DNA of 64,000 bases, from the NCBI RefSeq assembly GCF_009914755.1, contig NC_060928.1, one strand, 5' to 3'. The stretch is from the human T2T-CHM13v2.0 reference genome, Homo sapiens. Below the pieces are notes generated by a model, which saw only the letters and a program-made list of their open reading frames with translations, was not told the DNA's origin and did no database searches. A program made the position numbers and the translations under genes. The first letter of the stretch is position 1. Each line of letters begins with the position of its first letter. Below are positions 43,757 through 56,729 of this stretch, one piece after another.

Positions 43757-44192
43757 TGTCATGCGCGTCCGTGTGAAGAGACCACCCAACAGGCTATGTG
43801 TGAGCAATAAAGCTGTTTATTTCACCAGGGTGCAGGCGGACTGAGTCCAAAAAGAGAGTCAGAGAAGGGAGATAGGGGTGGGGCTGTTTTACAGGATTTG
43901 GGTGGGTAGTGGAAAATTACAGTCAAAGGGGGTTGTTCTCTTGCGGGTAGGGGTGGGGGTCCCAAGGTGCTCAGTGGGGGAGGTTCTGAGCCAGGAGAAG
44001 GAATTTCACAAGGTTAATCGCTCAGTTAAGGTGGGGCAGAAACAAATCACAATGGCGCAATGTCATCAGTTAAGGCAGGAACCGGCCGTTTCCACTTCTT
44101 TTGTGATTCTTCACTTGCTTCAGGCCATCTGGATGTATACATGCAGGTCACAGGGGATTATGATGGTTTAGCTTGGGCTCAGAGGCCTGACA
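43757..44192 (-). promoter_or_regulatory. 5' LTR of HERV-H #2; TATA mutated to TGTAAAA (43887-43893)
   Basis: Direct repeat of 39807-40241, about 29 substitutions and 1 indel by hand count. Confidence 0.92.
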
Positions 44193-45014
44193 ATAAGCAT
44201 GTAGTTAAGGCTGTAGTTCTATTAATGCCATATTTGGTGTACTTCGCAATTCATAAAAATAGGTTTTCAATAAATTTGAACATACATACTCACTGAAAAA
44301 AGATACTTTGTAAAAATGGCTATAAAAATATGGTTAATGTTGGGTTAATATTGGATTCTGATATATTTCATACCTATGATCTCATTTTGTTTCTAGTTTT
44401 ACTGATATAACCAACCTTGGACACCCAAAGATGTTGTTTTTATTTCTGAAATTACTCAGCTATAGTAAAGTATCAAGAATAGATATTTATATTTAAGAAG
44501 ACTCACCCATCCCAGACACTGAACTCACTAATTAGCCGGTCAGAAAGATCACTAAGGAACAATTTACAATGCAATAAAAGTGATACGCTTTACTTTCTGA
44601 GTAACAGCAGAGCAAGAGGTTCCATAAGAATCCTGGCAAAGCAATCTTTCCACTTTCAATGTTGATCACTTAGATCTTGTGAAATTCGTGGTGATTTTTA
44701 GTATAAATGACTAGGAAAGCTATTATTTGTGCATAAGAGAAACCTAACTTAATTATATCCATAACTCAACAATTTGCTCAGTGCTTTTTTGTGCATTGGG
44801 AAATTATGTTTCAGAAAACCAAACCAAAACAAAACCAGTCGTTGAAATTTTCTTTATTAGACTCAGTACAAATCTTTCTTCATCCTTTATTAAGTGTTAT
44901 TCTTGCAGTATATAAGAAGGGATCAGCAGCCCTCTACTATTTAATCATTAGTTTGAAGTTTCTATTGTTGTTCCTGGTGTGTATTGTTATATGCTGGAAA
45001 ATTCTTAAGATGCA

Positions 45015-45273
45015 GTTGGTGCAGAGGTTAAGATATCAGCCATGGGCTCTGGGTTAAGGCAGAGCCTGATGCAAATCTCAGCTCTGCAATTTGCTGGCTG
45101 TGTGAGCTTTGGTAAGTTAATCACTGTGAACTGCAGTTTACTTCATGATATAATTCAGATAATAACAGCTCTAATAGCATTATTATAAACATTAAGTAAG
45201 ATAACATCTATCGAATTACCACTTAACACAATGCCTGGTGTATAGTTCAAAATGCTTAATAAATGTTACCTGT
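45015..45273 (+). mobile_element. MIR
   Basis: 'aaatctcagctctgc...ggctgtgtgagctttggtaagttaatc...aatgcctggt...aatgcttaataaatgttac'. Confidence 0.8.
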
Positions 45274-46174
45274 AAATAGTTCCTAAAGTAAAAACTGGAG
45301 GCAAATAGAATAATCACAAGCTGAAACATCACTTTTGAAGCTGTTATCTGTGACCCTTAACTAAAAATGCGTCAGCTATTTAATATTAAACCAATTAATA
45401 TGAATATCCTATCTCATGCTGTCTCTAAACTTTAGAAGACAGTCTTTTATTATTGCATAAAAATCTGTTGGAAATAATTTCTTAAGATCATAAAGAGTGC
45501 ATTACATTTTCATTATATTATAAGCAAAATTTCATCCCTACAAAATAGAATGCCTATTTAACTCAAATAAATTTGATATACTTCCTTTTGGTTAAACAAG
45601 TATATTGCATTTTATAAGTAAATTATTTGGACTTGTCTGGCTTGTATCTGTCTTAAATCTTTTAGCAGATGTGGAAAACATGTTTATTTTTGCAGTGTTC
45701 AATAATTGTCTGCTAGGTTTTGTCACTGAATGCAAGCTCTAATTCAACTTCTGCTGAGAATTAGGCTTAAGTTATGATTGAGAATAAGAAAATTATGAGC
45801 AAGTTGCCAATTATATCTTGAAAAATGTTTACTTCTAAACATTTTGTTCTAAGTTGCATATTTCATTTAAACATGTCAATATTCTTTAATATTAGTCTAA
45901 TCATTTAAAGGATGTTAGTTTTTTTGTGTAAGAAACACACAATTAATCAATGCATTTTCATTAACCACACCTGTGGGAGGCCTCATTTGGATTTGAACCA
46001 GGAGACCACTATTGACAGTTATCCCAAACAAAGACATAATATTAACCTAGGAGCCCCAAATATGTGTAGTGAGGAAAACTCACAATGGTTTGCCAGTGTT
46101 CTTATTACATTATTTCAAACTAAGGAATTTGATTTTGTAAATTAAAGTATGCCAAACATCCTCAGAATCTAAGT

Positions 46175-46380
46175 GTTGCACTGACCAATATGGTAATGCA
46201 CTAGCCCCAAGTGACTATATGCTAAATTTAATTAAAATTAAATGAAATTTAAATTTAATACTTCAGTCCCACTGCTATACTTCAAGAACTTAATCCCAAA
46301 TAGCTAGCACTTTCATATTAGAAAGTGCCTATATAGTTCCTGTCCATCACAGCAGGGTATTTCATTGGACAACACTAGTC
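46175..46380. mobile_element. MER3/MER33-like hAT MITE
   Basis: 'gcactgaccaatatggta...ctagccc' and 'tccatcacagcag...attggacaacactag'. Confidence 0.65.
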
Positions 46381-46722
46381 TAGCGTTTCCATTTTCTATA
46401 GTAATGAAAACTAAAGTGAAAAAGAACTACTGAAATAATATGAATAGTAAATAGTCATTTTTTTATTTCTGTATTTTTCTCTGCCCACTTGTTTCTTATA
46501 TTAATACAGAATCATCCAATAAGATTTCAGCCTAAAAATGGAATAATTTATTTTAATTAATAAATAATTCAGAAAAACAATCAAGAGTTAATCTTATGTT
46601 TTCTGAGGTATGTTTTCTGAGAATATAGAAAAAAAACCTGAGTGTTAGATGAATATTAACTTATACAGAGAAATCTAAAATAAAGATCTATTTATCAGTG
46701 GCAAATTAGGCAAAACTAGTAG

Positions 46723-47156
<434 letters not shown>

Positions 47157-47596
47157 CTTTGAGACTCTTGCTACTTACGTCATTTTGCTAGTAAAGGGGA
47201 TCATTGGGCCCAAAAGCAAGTCTCTATGTGTACTTGCTGAGAGCAGCCTGTGCTCAGATACAGCAGGCTCCTTCAGCCTGCTCTTTCACTCTGTGTCCAG
47301 GTACACTGTGCTCTCGCTGTGCAATTTTCTCTCCAGGACAGAGCTTTCCCTCTTTCTGTTTCAGGTTTAGATCGTCTTGTAGGAATGACTTGACTACAAT
47401 TCAAACAATATGGACCTCACTTCAGTCCCAGATCTAAGCACAGTCTGTAAAGAAGCTTTTACCTGAGAGTCCTACATTGCTCGACTATTTTAAAAAAATG
47501 GTTCCCATAGGACTATTAGTTCTCTATTATTTGTTCCATTAGCCTGAACCTGGGGAGAATAAGATTTTTTTAATAAATGGAAAGCACAATGTACAA

Positions 47597-47832
47597 TAGT
47601 GTTTCTTAAGCTTTTTTGGTTATCCCCTCCACCCTGCTTGCCAAGGAGCCTTTTTAGATATTTTTTCCCTAATCCCCCACTATGAAATTATAATACCCCA
47701 GATATGCTGTATCTGTAATTACTGTATGTATGTCTGTGCTTAATATTGTACATTAAAAAGATAAGAACTTTCCACCTTCCAATAATGAAGTTTTATCCCC
47801 TTGGGGGCGATATTGCCCTCTTTGATAATGTT
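47597..47832. mobile_element. Old hAT-Charlie MITE (MER112-like)
   Basis: Terminal 'ccccttgggggcgatattgccctctttgataatg'. Confidence 0.45.
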
Positions 47833-50003
47833 TGACATACAGGAATTGAAACATCAGAAATAGATACTACTTTCAATATTGCAGAACATTGTCAAGTATA
47901 TTTCAAACCATTTAGCTTGCTAGAGTGTGGAAATTAAGAAAATTTTTTTTTCTTCCTGCATGCAACATAATTTGCATATATCAACAGCGATGTAAGTAAG
48001 GAAATAACTTATTTGGGCTTTCTGAAAAGTCATAGTATCTGAAATCACCTGGCCCTTGACCTTAAAAGATCTTATGTCATTCTACTCCAGCATTTTTCAC
48101 TGTAATTGCTTATAGGCAGGGAAGGATTGTGGAAGAATGAGAGACAAGGATATGGAGAAAGAACAGAGAAATGGCTGTAGGTACCTAGATCATGGCATAT
48201 GGTACATCTTTAACTTTCCAATAACCATTAATTCAAGCCCATTAGCCAATAGCTTGCTCATGTTTCTTTTGAAGCCTCCTAAAACAATAGTTGACACCTG
48301 GAGAACATCTCTTACTCCCCAACTTCAATTATGAAAAGAAAATAATATTCAAATGTTAAGCACTGAATTCAATAAGAGAAAGCCAGTCACAGATTAAAGA
48401 AATAATTGCTAAGATTTACACTAACCTGTTTTTTCACTTAGTCAAAAATGTCCTCCATATTGGTTGATAAATCAAGAAATCTTTACAATTAAAATAAATG
48501 GTGCTTCACTGATATTTTCTTCCATTATGCTTTATAAAACTAATAGAATATGGGTTTTCAAAGAGTAACATATTATTCTTAAAATGTATTCAATTAAAGT
48601 TAACACAGGCAAAAATACACTCTCTAATGTATTCTATCATGCATTCCCTCATTCAGTGAATACTCTCTGTGGGCCTACTATGTGCCAGGCATTATGCACC
48701 AGACGAAAACATATCTTCTTGAGAAGCCAGTGCTAAGTCACTGTTCTTGTTCATATTTGGATCCCTTCCCTTTTCAGGTGAGTTTCTTACAAGAAAAGGG
48801 CTTAGTGTCTTTTCCCTTTGTTAAGTTTCTTAATGAAATTAGGCTTAGGAAGACTGAGTTCCCTATTCCGTCCTTTCTCTTCCTAAATCTTTACTGTATG
48901 TTGAGAGTAAATATTAAAAACTTTCTGACTGTACTTATCATATTCCAAGGCATTTCAGTGAGGAGCAGAAACAAGCTTTTTATTAAATCATCTCCAGTCA
49001 TGTAAGGTTTTGGTGCTCTCCTTTTCACCCTTTTTTTTTTTTTTTTCACATGGAAACTTAATCTTGGAGGGGCTAAGTGAATACAACTTCGATTAAATTA
49101 CTACTTTCACAAACAACTCAAGAATACTTAGTTCTTCTCCCTCTTCATTAGCTTCTATCTTCGTATTTCTTATCAAATATAAAATTTATAGAGAATTTAT
49201 ACCATAAATTCTCTCAAATGATGCACTTAAAATAATTTCATGATTAAAAACTAATATTATCTACCTATGCTAATCTGAAACATTAGCCTACAATTGTTAT
49301 TTATTCACTTTGGGGAAAGAAGAAAAAAGTTTTGAGTAGTTACACTCCATTTATTAAAAATCCTTTATTTTCTAGTGTCTAAAATATTTCAATGTCTAGG
49401 AAGAAAAAAAATCCTCTTGTGAGGTTAATAATGTATTCAAAGCATTTTTCTATTAGTTAGTGAATTTAAAAAGCACATACAGAAAGAACACAAGTGGTAA
49501 CAGAAAAGTGAGGATGATCTAACCCTACCTCACAGCCTAAAAAAAGAATGCTATGACTTGTTTCTGTGAGGTCCCCAAGTGGCAAGGAGAGAGTGCTCCA
49601 TGGGGAGCTAACACCTGACATTTTGCACAGAAAGGTGTCTCCTAGAATTACCTCACACTCTGCATAGATATAGAGATTACTGTCATCTTCAGTGAGTTTG
49701 AGAGGGGCCTATAAATAGGATCAGGTGAGGTCTGAATAAGCAATGATGTGTGTCTGATCTTCTGATCCAGAATGAAATGAAAACATAATTAGTTAACACG
49801 GAATGTGCTTTTAAAATGCAGATATGTAATCCTTATCTTACTTTTGTATGTCTCTCATTTTTACCTTTGTTTACTGCAAATGATATGTGAGGTAGCATCC
49901 TGCCCTATTAAGTATGCAGATATGGAGAACATTCAGTAAGATAGCTTTTCATTATTTATTTAGGCAGAACATACAGTACTTGAAATCTGTGGGTTGCCAT
50001 GAG

Positions 50004-50017
50004 GTTCCCATGGCAAC
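50004..50017. promoter_or_regulatory. RFX X-box motif with an adjacent half site
   Basis: GTTCCCATGGCAAC matches GTTNCCATGGNAAC; half site GTTGCCATG at 49993-50001. Confidence 0.45.
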
Positions 50018-50095
50018 TCTTCTATGGATAAGAATGCTTGACTAGGCTGGTAGACTTGCTGTTACCATCACCAGCCATACCATCATTTGAGGATA

Positions 50096-50424
50096 CAGTA
50101 CTCTCCCCTCATCTGTGCTGTCACTTTTCGTGGTTTCAGTTACCTTCAGTCAACCATGGTCTGAAAATAGGTGAGGTAAAATCAGATATTTTGAGAGAGA
50201 AAGAATACATTCACATAACTGTTACTACAAAATATTGTTATAATTGTCCTATTGTATTATTAGTTGTTGTTAATCTCTTACTGTGCCTATTTCCTAAATT
50301 AATCTTTATCATAGGTATGTAAGTATAGGAAAAATCATGGTATATATAGGGTTCGCTACTATTTGTGATTTCAGGCATCCGCTGGTCTTGGAACATATCC
50401 CCCAAGGCTCAGGGGGAGCTACTG
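50096..50424. mobile_element. MER44A (Tigger-derived MITE)
   Basis: cagta...tactg termini, TA TSD, 'gtttcagttacc...tcaaccatggtctgaaaataggtgag'. Confidence 0.87.
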
Positions 50425-51329
50425 TATCATCATCTTAACTTTGAAAGTTAACTTGTAAATGAATTTTGCATATTCTCTTACTGATCTGGAAATCTAAGGT
50501 CAAGCAAAAGTGATGTTTATTTGCTTCAATACATTTCCACTGAAAGAGGACAGGAACTAGAGACAGATTTTAAGCTTTCAGTTTTGTTTTTGGTTTTCCT
50601 ATTTTTGTTTCCATCAAGTTAAATTCTACTATGGATTTTTTTAACTCAAAATTGATGAGCTCTAGCACTTTGTAGCGTAGTTATTTACATATTTAGTCTT
50701 AGGAACCTGGAACTGTAATCTCTAGGGATTTATTTATATTTTTTAAAAATGGATTAAGGCCTACATCAAAACTGAGATAGAGCTGCTTGAGTTTTGTTTC
50801 TCCCTCTATAATAACTAGAAATTGTATTCCTTTTCACATATTAAACACCGGAAACATTTTAAAAAAGGTAAACCCCAAAAATTGCTTTTTGAAGGTTCCT
50901 CAGAAAACTCCTTACTAATTTATATCTCGCAAAAAAACTTTTTTGTAGATTTCTGGACATAACTTCAACTATTGCATAACTACCTTTTGTTTTTTTCAGA
51001 AGTGACAAGTGTTGAATATATACTTCTAGATACAAAGCTGAAGGACTGATTTGGTGTTAAAAAAATAGGTGAATATGAGTCAAGTTAGGAAGTAATTGAA
51101 TACCAGAGGAGAGGGAGGAAGTAGTGGGAAAATGTCTTTGGTAGTTGTCAACCCATTTGAAACATTTAAATTCAGAGTGCTATCCCTAGAAAATTGGAAA
51201 GCAGGTTAATTCTTTAACCACCATTATTCCCTCCCCATCTCTGAGCATAAAGTAAAAGTAATATACAATCCTTATTGTTCTTCTATTTTGTTTTGAAACA
51301 CAAAATAAAATGAAATAGAATGAGCTTGA

Positions 51330-52900
51330 TCAACTGGAAGGATGGAGTTGTCATAAACTGAGGGAGCAGAAATGTCCAGTGGCGCAAGTTTGGGGTGAAT
51401 TTAGAATTCATTTTGGACGTTAACATACCTATTAGTCATTTAAATAAAGATGTCAGGGAGTTTGTGCATTTCTGAGTCCAAGTGTCTGGAAGAGAAATGT
51501 GTACATAAAAAACATAAATGGATCAAGCATGAACTCTGTGACCCTCCTACCTTAAGAGACAGGGAAAAGAGAATCAATTAGAAAAGGGGACTGAGAAAGT
51601 AGAGCCACCGCTAGTGTTTTGTTCTAGGTAAATGGCATTTCTTCGAATTGTGCACTAGGTGGCCCATCTGAGAGTGAGCCGTGAACTAGGAGGAGAAAAA
51701 AGTAAAAGAGTTTGATGTCCTGGAAGCCAAGTGGGAAACATTTTAAGGAGTAGAAAATTTTATCAATCACGCAAAAAACGTTAAGTATGATGAAGACTGA
51801 GGTCAGACCATCATAGTTTGCACTGTAAAAGCCATTGATGACTTTGAAAAGGGCAGTTTCCACTAATGGAGGGGGAAGCCTGATTAGAATAAGCTACAGA
51901 GGAAATGGGAGAAGAGGAATTGGGAGTCTGAGATTATTAATAATTTTGCAAAAGAAAGCAGAACAGCTCAGTAGCTGGTGAAATGGGCCAAAGCAAGGAT
52001 AAAAAAAATAAGATGAGAGAGATAATAGCGATTTTACAAAATGGAAAAAATGATTGGGGGGGGAGAAAAATTGCTAGAGTTCTCTCTCTCAGTAAGCAAA
52101 GACAGTACACAAATAAAGTGATTAGCTTTAAGTAAAAGTACTCTGTAAAGAAGGCAGTCATAGAATATTGAGGAAAAAAGTAGGTTGGTAGGTGAACATG
52201 GTGATGGAAATCTGAATGTATTTGAGCTATCACAGGTTGGATTCACTGGAAGCAAATACTGAGATGGAAATTGGAATACTGAACATGTGTTAGGGATCAA
52301 CACTTAGGGAAGGGAGAGAGAGGAAACACATGGATGGAGGAGAAATTCAAACTGCAGTACATGCTTGGCAAAGCTTAACCAACCCAAAGAGAGCTCTGGA
52401 TTTGTTCCTCCAGCCTTTATGCTGCCCTCAACCACTCCTTCTGGAAATGGACATTGGATTTGGGCTCCCCCTAGAAAGGTGCACTTAGGGCTCTCCATAA
52501 GTGAGATGGACTTTATAGTTGCTGAATGCTGGAAGATATCTGCTAACCCCAGCAGCTGGGGTATAAGGCTCTTTTTGTGAAGAGGGATGTGGATGATACA
52601 GCTCTATGTCCACCCAATAAAACTGTTTCCATTTTCTCAGTACAAAGAGGAAAACAAAACTGCTACTGAGGAGGGATAGTGAAATCAGGGAACAGAAGGC
52701 TTGAAGGTTGTAGAGGAGAGTTATGAAATTGTCACCTTGGTGAGTGACAAGTGAATGGACTAGGAAAAAAATATTGCAGCTTTAAGGCTCCCTTTTAGGT
52801 TTGGTAGTTATGAATCTCAAGTGATACCAGACAGCATGAGTGTTGGGTTTTCTCCGATCACGTTCAACTCTATATGTGTAGATGCAGGAGCAAAGGGAGA
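51330..52900 (-). mobile_element. L2 with RT remnant, interrupted by an LTR16-like LTR (about 52228-52615)
   Basis: ORF 51624-51863 'ETALFKVINGFYSANYDGLTSVFIILNV' resembles the L2 RT block ETALxKVxND...VLILLDL; the insert begins 'tcacaggttggattcactggaagcaaatactgagatgga'. Confidence 0.7.
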
Positions 52901-53019
52901 CAAGAAGAAAAATTGAGACATCAAACCATTAGTAGGAGGCCAGATTATTTAGAGACTTGTCAGCCATTTAAGAATCTTGTCTTTTGTTTCCCAGTTAGAT
53001 GGCAAGCACTTCAGGGTTC

Positions 53020-54900
53020 CTTTTAATCCTTTTGGTTTTGAGAAATAATACATATATAGATAGTTCCAGAATATAAGTGTACAGCTCAAAAAACTATCAC
53101 AAAGCGATCCCCCTTGTTACCTTAGTCAATCCAAGGAAGAGAGTATGGCCAGCATGGAAACGGTCCCCTCTGGTCCTCTCCCAATTATTATTCACTTCTC
53201 CACTTTCATAATTCCTCTCCTAACATCTATGGTAATCCCTTGTTTTTATTTTTTTAATAGTTATGCCATCAAAACTTGTAAGGTTAGTTTTAATTTTTTC
53301 ATCTTTTCAAAAATGCAATTAGACCGTATATCCTTTTTGTATCTGGAAGTTTTGCTCTCCATCATGTTTTTGAGATGCATCCACAATGCTGCATTTGTAA
53401 GTTCAGCCGCCCACAGGATCAGACTTCAAGCTTGGTTTTCAGAAATTTTAACCCTGCAGCTACAGGAGATATTTCTCTGTGTCTGTGTTTTCCAGGACAA
53501 TTATAGAAGTTTCCTGGATCCCTACCCAGGTTGTGGATTAGGATTTAAAGCCATGAACTCATCTTTTCCTTCTTCCGTATCCTCCAGTACACTTAGTAGA
53601 AATCAAATCAATGCAAAAGCCTTTATTCTTTATTCCCACAATAATGTTTATTGCAGCAACTACTTGATCACTTAAAGTTATCTTCTCCAGACCATAGCTA
53701 CCTGTTTAGTTATTGCATGCCATGGACTACTTGTGTTTTATTTACCATGGCAATGAGGTCACTAATGCCTTTAAATCTAGTAGGATTCTCATCCTTAAAA
53801 TTCTATTGCTTCTACTCTAATTCACTTCTATTACCAAAAACTGTATTAGCCAAGATTCGGTCAGAAAAACAAAGCCACTACAAATATCATGTGAAAAGGA
53901 GGTTTACCACAGGAATTAGAGCATACACCAATGTGTGGGAAACTGGAAAAGGAAAGACTGGAAGAGAATGGAGAAATAACAGCATCACTAATATGACAGT
54001 TGTGGGTATGTAGGAGCATGAGGTAAAATTCAGGAAACTGCATGTATCTAGCCACTGAAGTAGAACCACAGAGGGGATTTGTGGAGAGGTCTGTGGAATC
54101 TACTGCCTCTGAGGAAATGGCAATAAAGCACTTAGTAGTCAGCAGGTCCAGAAGCTGGGCAGAGCTAGAAGCTAGAGCTACCTGTGTCTGTCACTAAGTC
54201 TGGGACCAGGAGCTTCCTCCTGGTATTTACCCCTCCTTTGCTTCTACCTGTCCAATCTTGTGAGTGCCTTCCTTGATCAACTCGAATCCAGAATTATGCT
54301 GAACACAGGATTCCAGAAAATTTATTTTCAAGGCTTACACAGGAGTGGGAGTGCCAAGTTGATAAATTCAGAACATTCTGTTCATGTGATGAATAATGAT
54401 GGATAATCACGTGTTAAACCAATCTCGTATTCCTGGAATAAGTCCCACTTGGTAGTGTATCTTCTTTTTATATTTGCTGTTTCCATGTTGTTAATTCACT
54501 CTGTGAGTAGTATTTTTATATCTACATTTGTGAGATCTGCTTGCAATTTTTCTTCTTTATAATGTCCTTGTCAGATTTTGGCATCAAGTTTATGTTGTCC
54601 TCACAAATGGGTGACATTGTCTCTTATTTTTCTACTTTCTGGTAAAGTTTACGTAAAATTACATATTTTGTCCTAAAATATTTAGTAAAATTCACTGGTA
54701 AAGGTATCTGGACCTGGGGTATTTGCTGTGGGAAGATTCTTTTATTTTTCCATATGGTTTCTACTTAATAGAGGACTACTCTGATAATTTATTCCTTTTT
54801 GTATCCATTTTCATAAGTTTTTCTAGAAATTTGACTATTTCACTTACATTTTTACATTTTATTGGCATAAAGTTATTCATAATATCATCCTATTTCCTAT
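53020..54900 (-). mobile_element. Old L1M fragments (about 53020-53400 and 54370-54900) flanking a probable old ERVL-type LTR
   Basis: 'tcatgtttttgagatgcatccacaatg'; 'attcctggaataagtcccacttgg...aattcactggtaaaggtatctggacctggg'. Confidence 0.55.
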
Positions 54901-55061
54901 GACGGTTATCTTAACTATAAAAATGTGACAGTCAATTAGACTTTCTTCATAATGTCATCATAAATAAATTTCAAAACGTAGGATCATTAGGACCACAGGC
55001 ATGAAAGACTCTACATTTTTTCTGTTATTCTCAATAAAGTTTGATACTATTGGCGATATAG

Positions 55062-55365
<304 letters not shown>

Positions 55366-56251
55366 AGGACAATAATTTTTTTGAAGCCGTTGCCATACTC
55401 AGTATGATAATCATGTTTCTATTTATTTTTTGCCAATCTGATACACTCAAAATAGTATTCTTAATTTTATTTTTATTTCTTTAATTAAGTTTATTTGGAA
55501 GGTTGGGCAGTATTTTTGCAAATTTTTATTGGTAGTTTTTTTGTGACTGGGCTGACACATCCTGTGGGTTACATTTTGATTTAAATGAGTAAACAGGAAA
55601 AATCTACAAACAGAAAAGAAGTCAAGTTCTTTCAATATGACCACTGACCAGTGTTACTAATAGGAAATTACTACTGAAAATACAAGTTGTACCCTTTATA
55701 ATGTGTACAAATGCAACAAAATCTTGCAGCTGTTTTGCATAATTCTTCCCTATCAGTTTTATTTGTAGAGATCTATTTCTATGCACAATTTTAAAAGTAA
55801 AACAAAAAACTACATTTGCCAAATTATCATGTATACTAATATCATCATGACACTAAATTGCCTCTTGAAGCAAAATTGATTTAATAAACCAATAAAGATG
55901 CAACAGATGCATTCAATTCAACAGATTTTAGAAGTCTAAGTTCTTGCTAAACTTATTCTAAATAAATTCCTAAAACTGACACAATATGGCAATCTGATGA
56001 CACATCATCAGTTTTTGATTGATATTGAGTTAATGCTAATAAACAACAATCCAGTTTCCAACTAATTAATAGGTCCAAAAATGTTATGAAGTTTTAACCC
56101 AGTGGTGTATACATAAGTGAAACCCTTGAAAATGTGTAGTTTAATTATGAAACTGCTACCACAAGTGTCCTTATTATGGAATTTTGAGAAAATTATAATT
56201 GGATGAATAGAAAAGTGTTATCACTGAGTTAACCTTGAATTATTTTTGTTC

Positions 56252-56289
56252 GTGTGTGTGTGTATGTCTGTGTGTGTGTGAGAGAGAGA
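56252..56289. repeat. (TG)n(AG)n microsatellite
   Basis: Seen directly. Confidence 0.85.
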
Positions 56290-56479
56290 TCTGTATTAAG
56301 GCATATATGGGTATTAAATATATGCAGTTAGTTTCTAGCAGAATTTCTTAGCACTAATGTCTCCTTAAATATAAATTTAACAGTTTTTTTCCTTAGTCTT
56401 TGTTATAATATTTCTTCTTCTCTTCCTCAATTCCAACTTTGAAAATCTTGTGGTTTACTAGTGCCTTTGAGGAATCCTA

Positions 56480-56660
56480 CAATAGTGGCTACAAGCTCAG
56501 ATCCTGGGATCAGACAACTCCTGTGTTCCACATGATTTCATCAAGTACTAGCTGCAAGAAATCAAACAAAATCTTTAACCTATACAAGTCTTCACTTTTC
56601 TTCCTTATAAAATGTTAATGTTTACTACCTCACAAAATTGTTGTGAAGATGTAAACACAT
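56480..56660 (+). mobile_element. MIR, degenerate
   Basis: 'gatcctgggatcagac...tctttaacc...ctacctcacaaaattgttgtgaagat'. Confidence 0.6.
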
Positions 56661-56729
56661 AAAAGATGCAAAATATATCCCTTTTTTCAGGGACGACCAC
56701 CCTACCTAGCCATTCAAACCATCAATAAA

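Larger units (their letters stand above)
39807..44192 (-). mobile_element. HERV-H provirus #2 (type I LTR7; leader, gag and pro deleted; RT, RNase H, IN and part of env kept)
   Basis: LTRs 43757-44192 (5') and 39807-40241 (3'), His PBS at 43641-43658, PPT at 40242-40256, TSD atatg/ataag. Confidence 0.96.

Noticed and set aside
33039-44192. Replication-competent bipartite virus by trans-complementation
   Set aside because: gag, pro, RT, IN and env all carry stops, frameshifts, active-site changes or deletions
47340-48790. Isolated splice-like sites (acceptor near 47363, donor near 48777)
   Set aside because: No open, recognisable coding exon could be assembled; non-coding exons cannot be excluded
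49190-49214. 11-bp perfect hairpin (agagaatttat-acc-ataaattctct)
   Set aside because: Short and AT-rich; plausible by chance in 64 kb
51652-51665. CTCF-like motif gcactaggtggccc
   Set aside because: Two mismatches to the core; cannot be supported without ChIP data
53145-53675. 176-aa ATG ORF
   Set aside because: Starts in antisense old L1, hydrophobic low-information composition, no recognisable domain or exon structure
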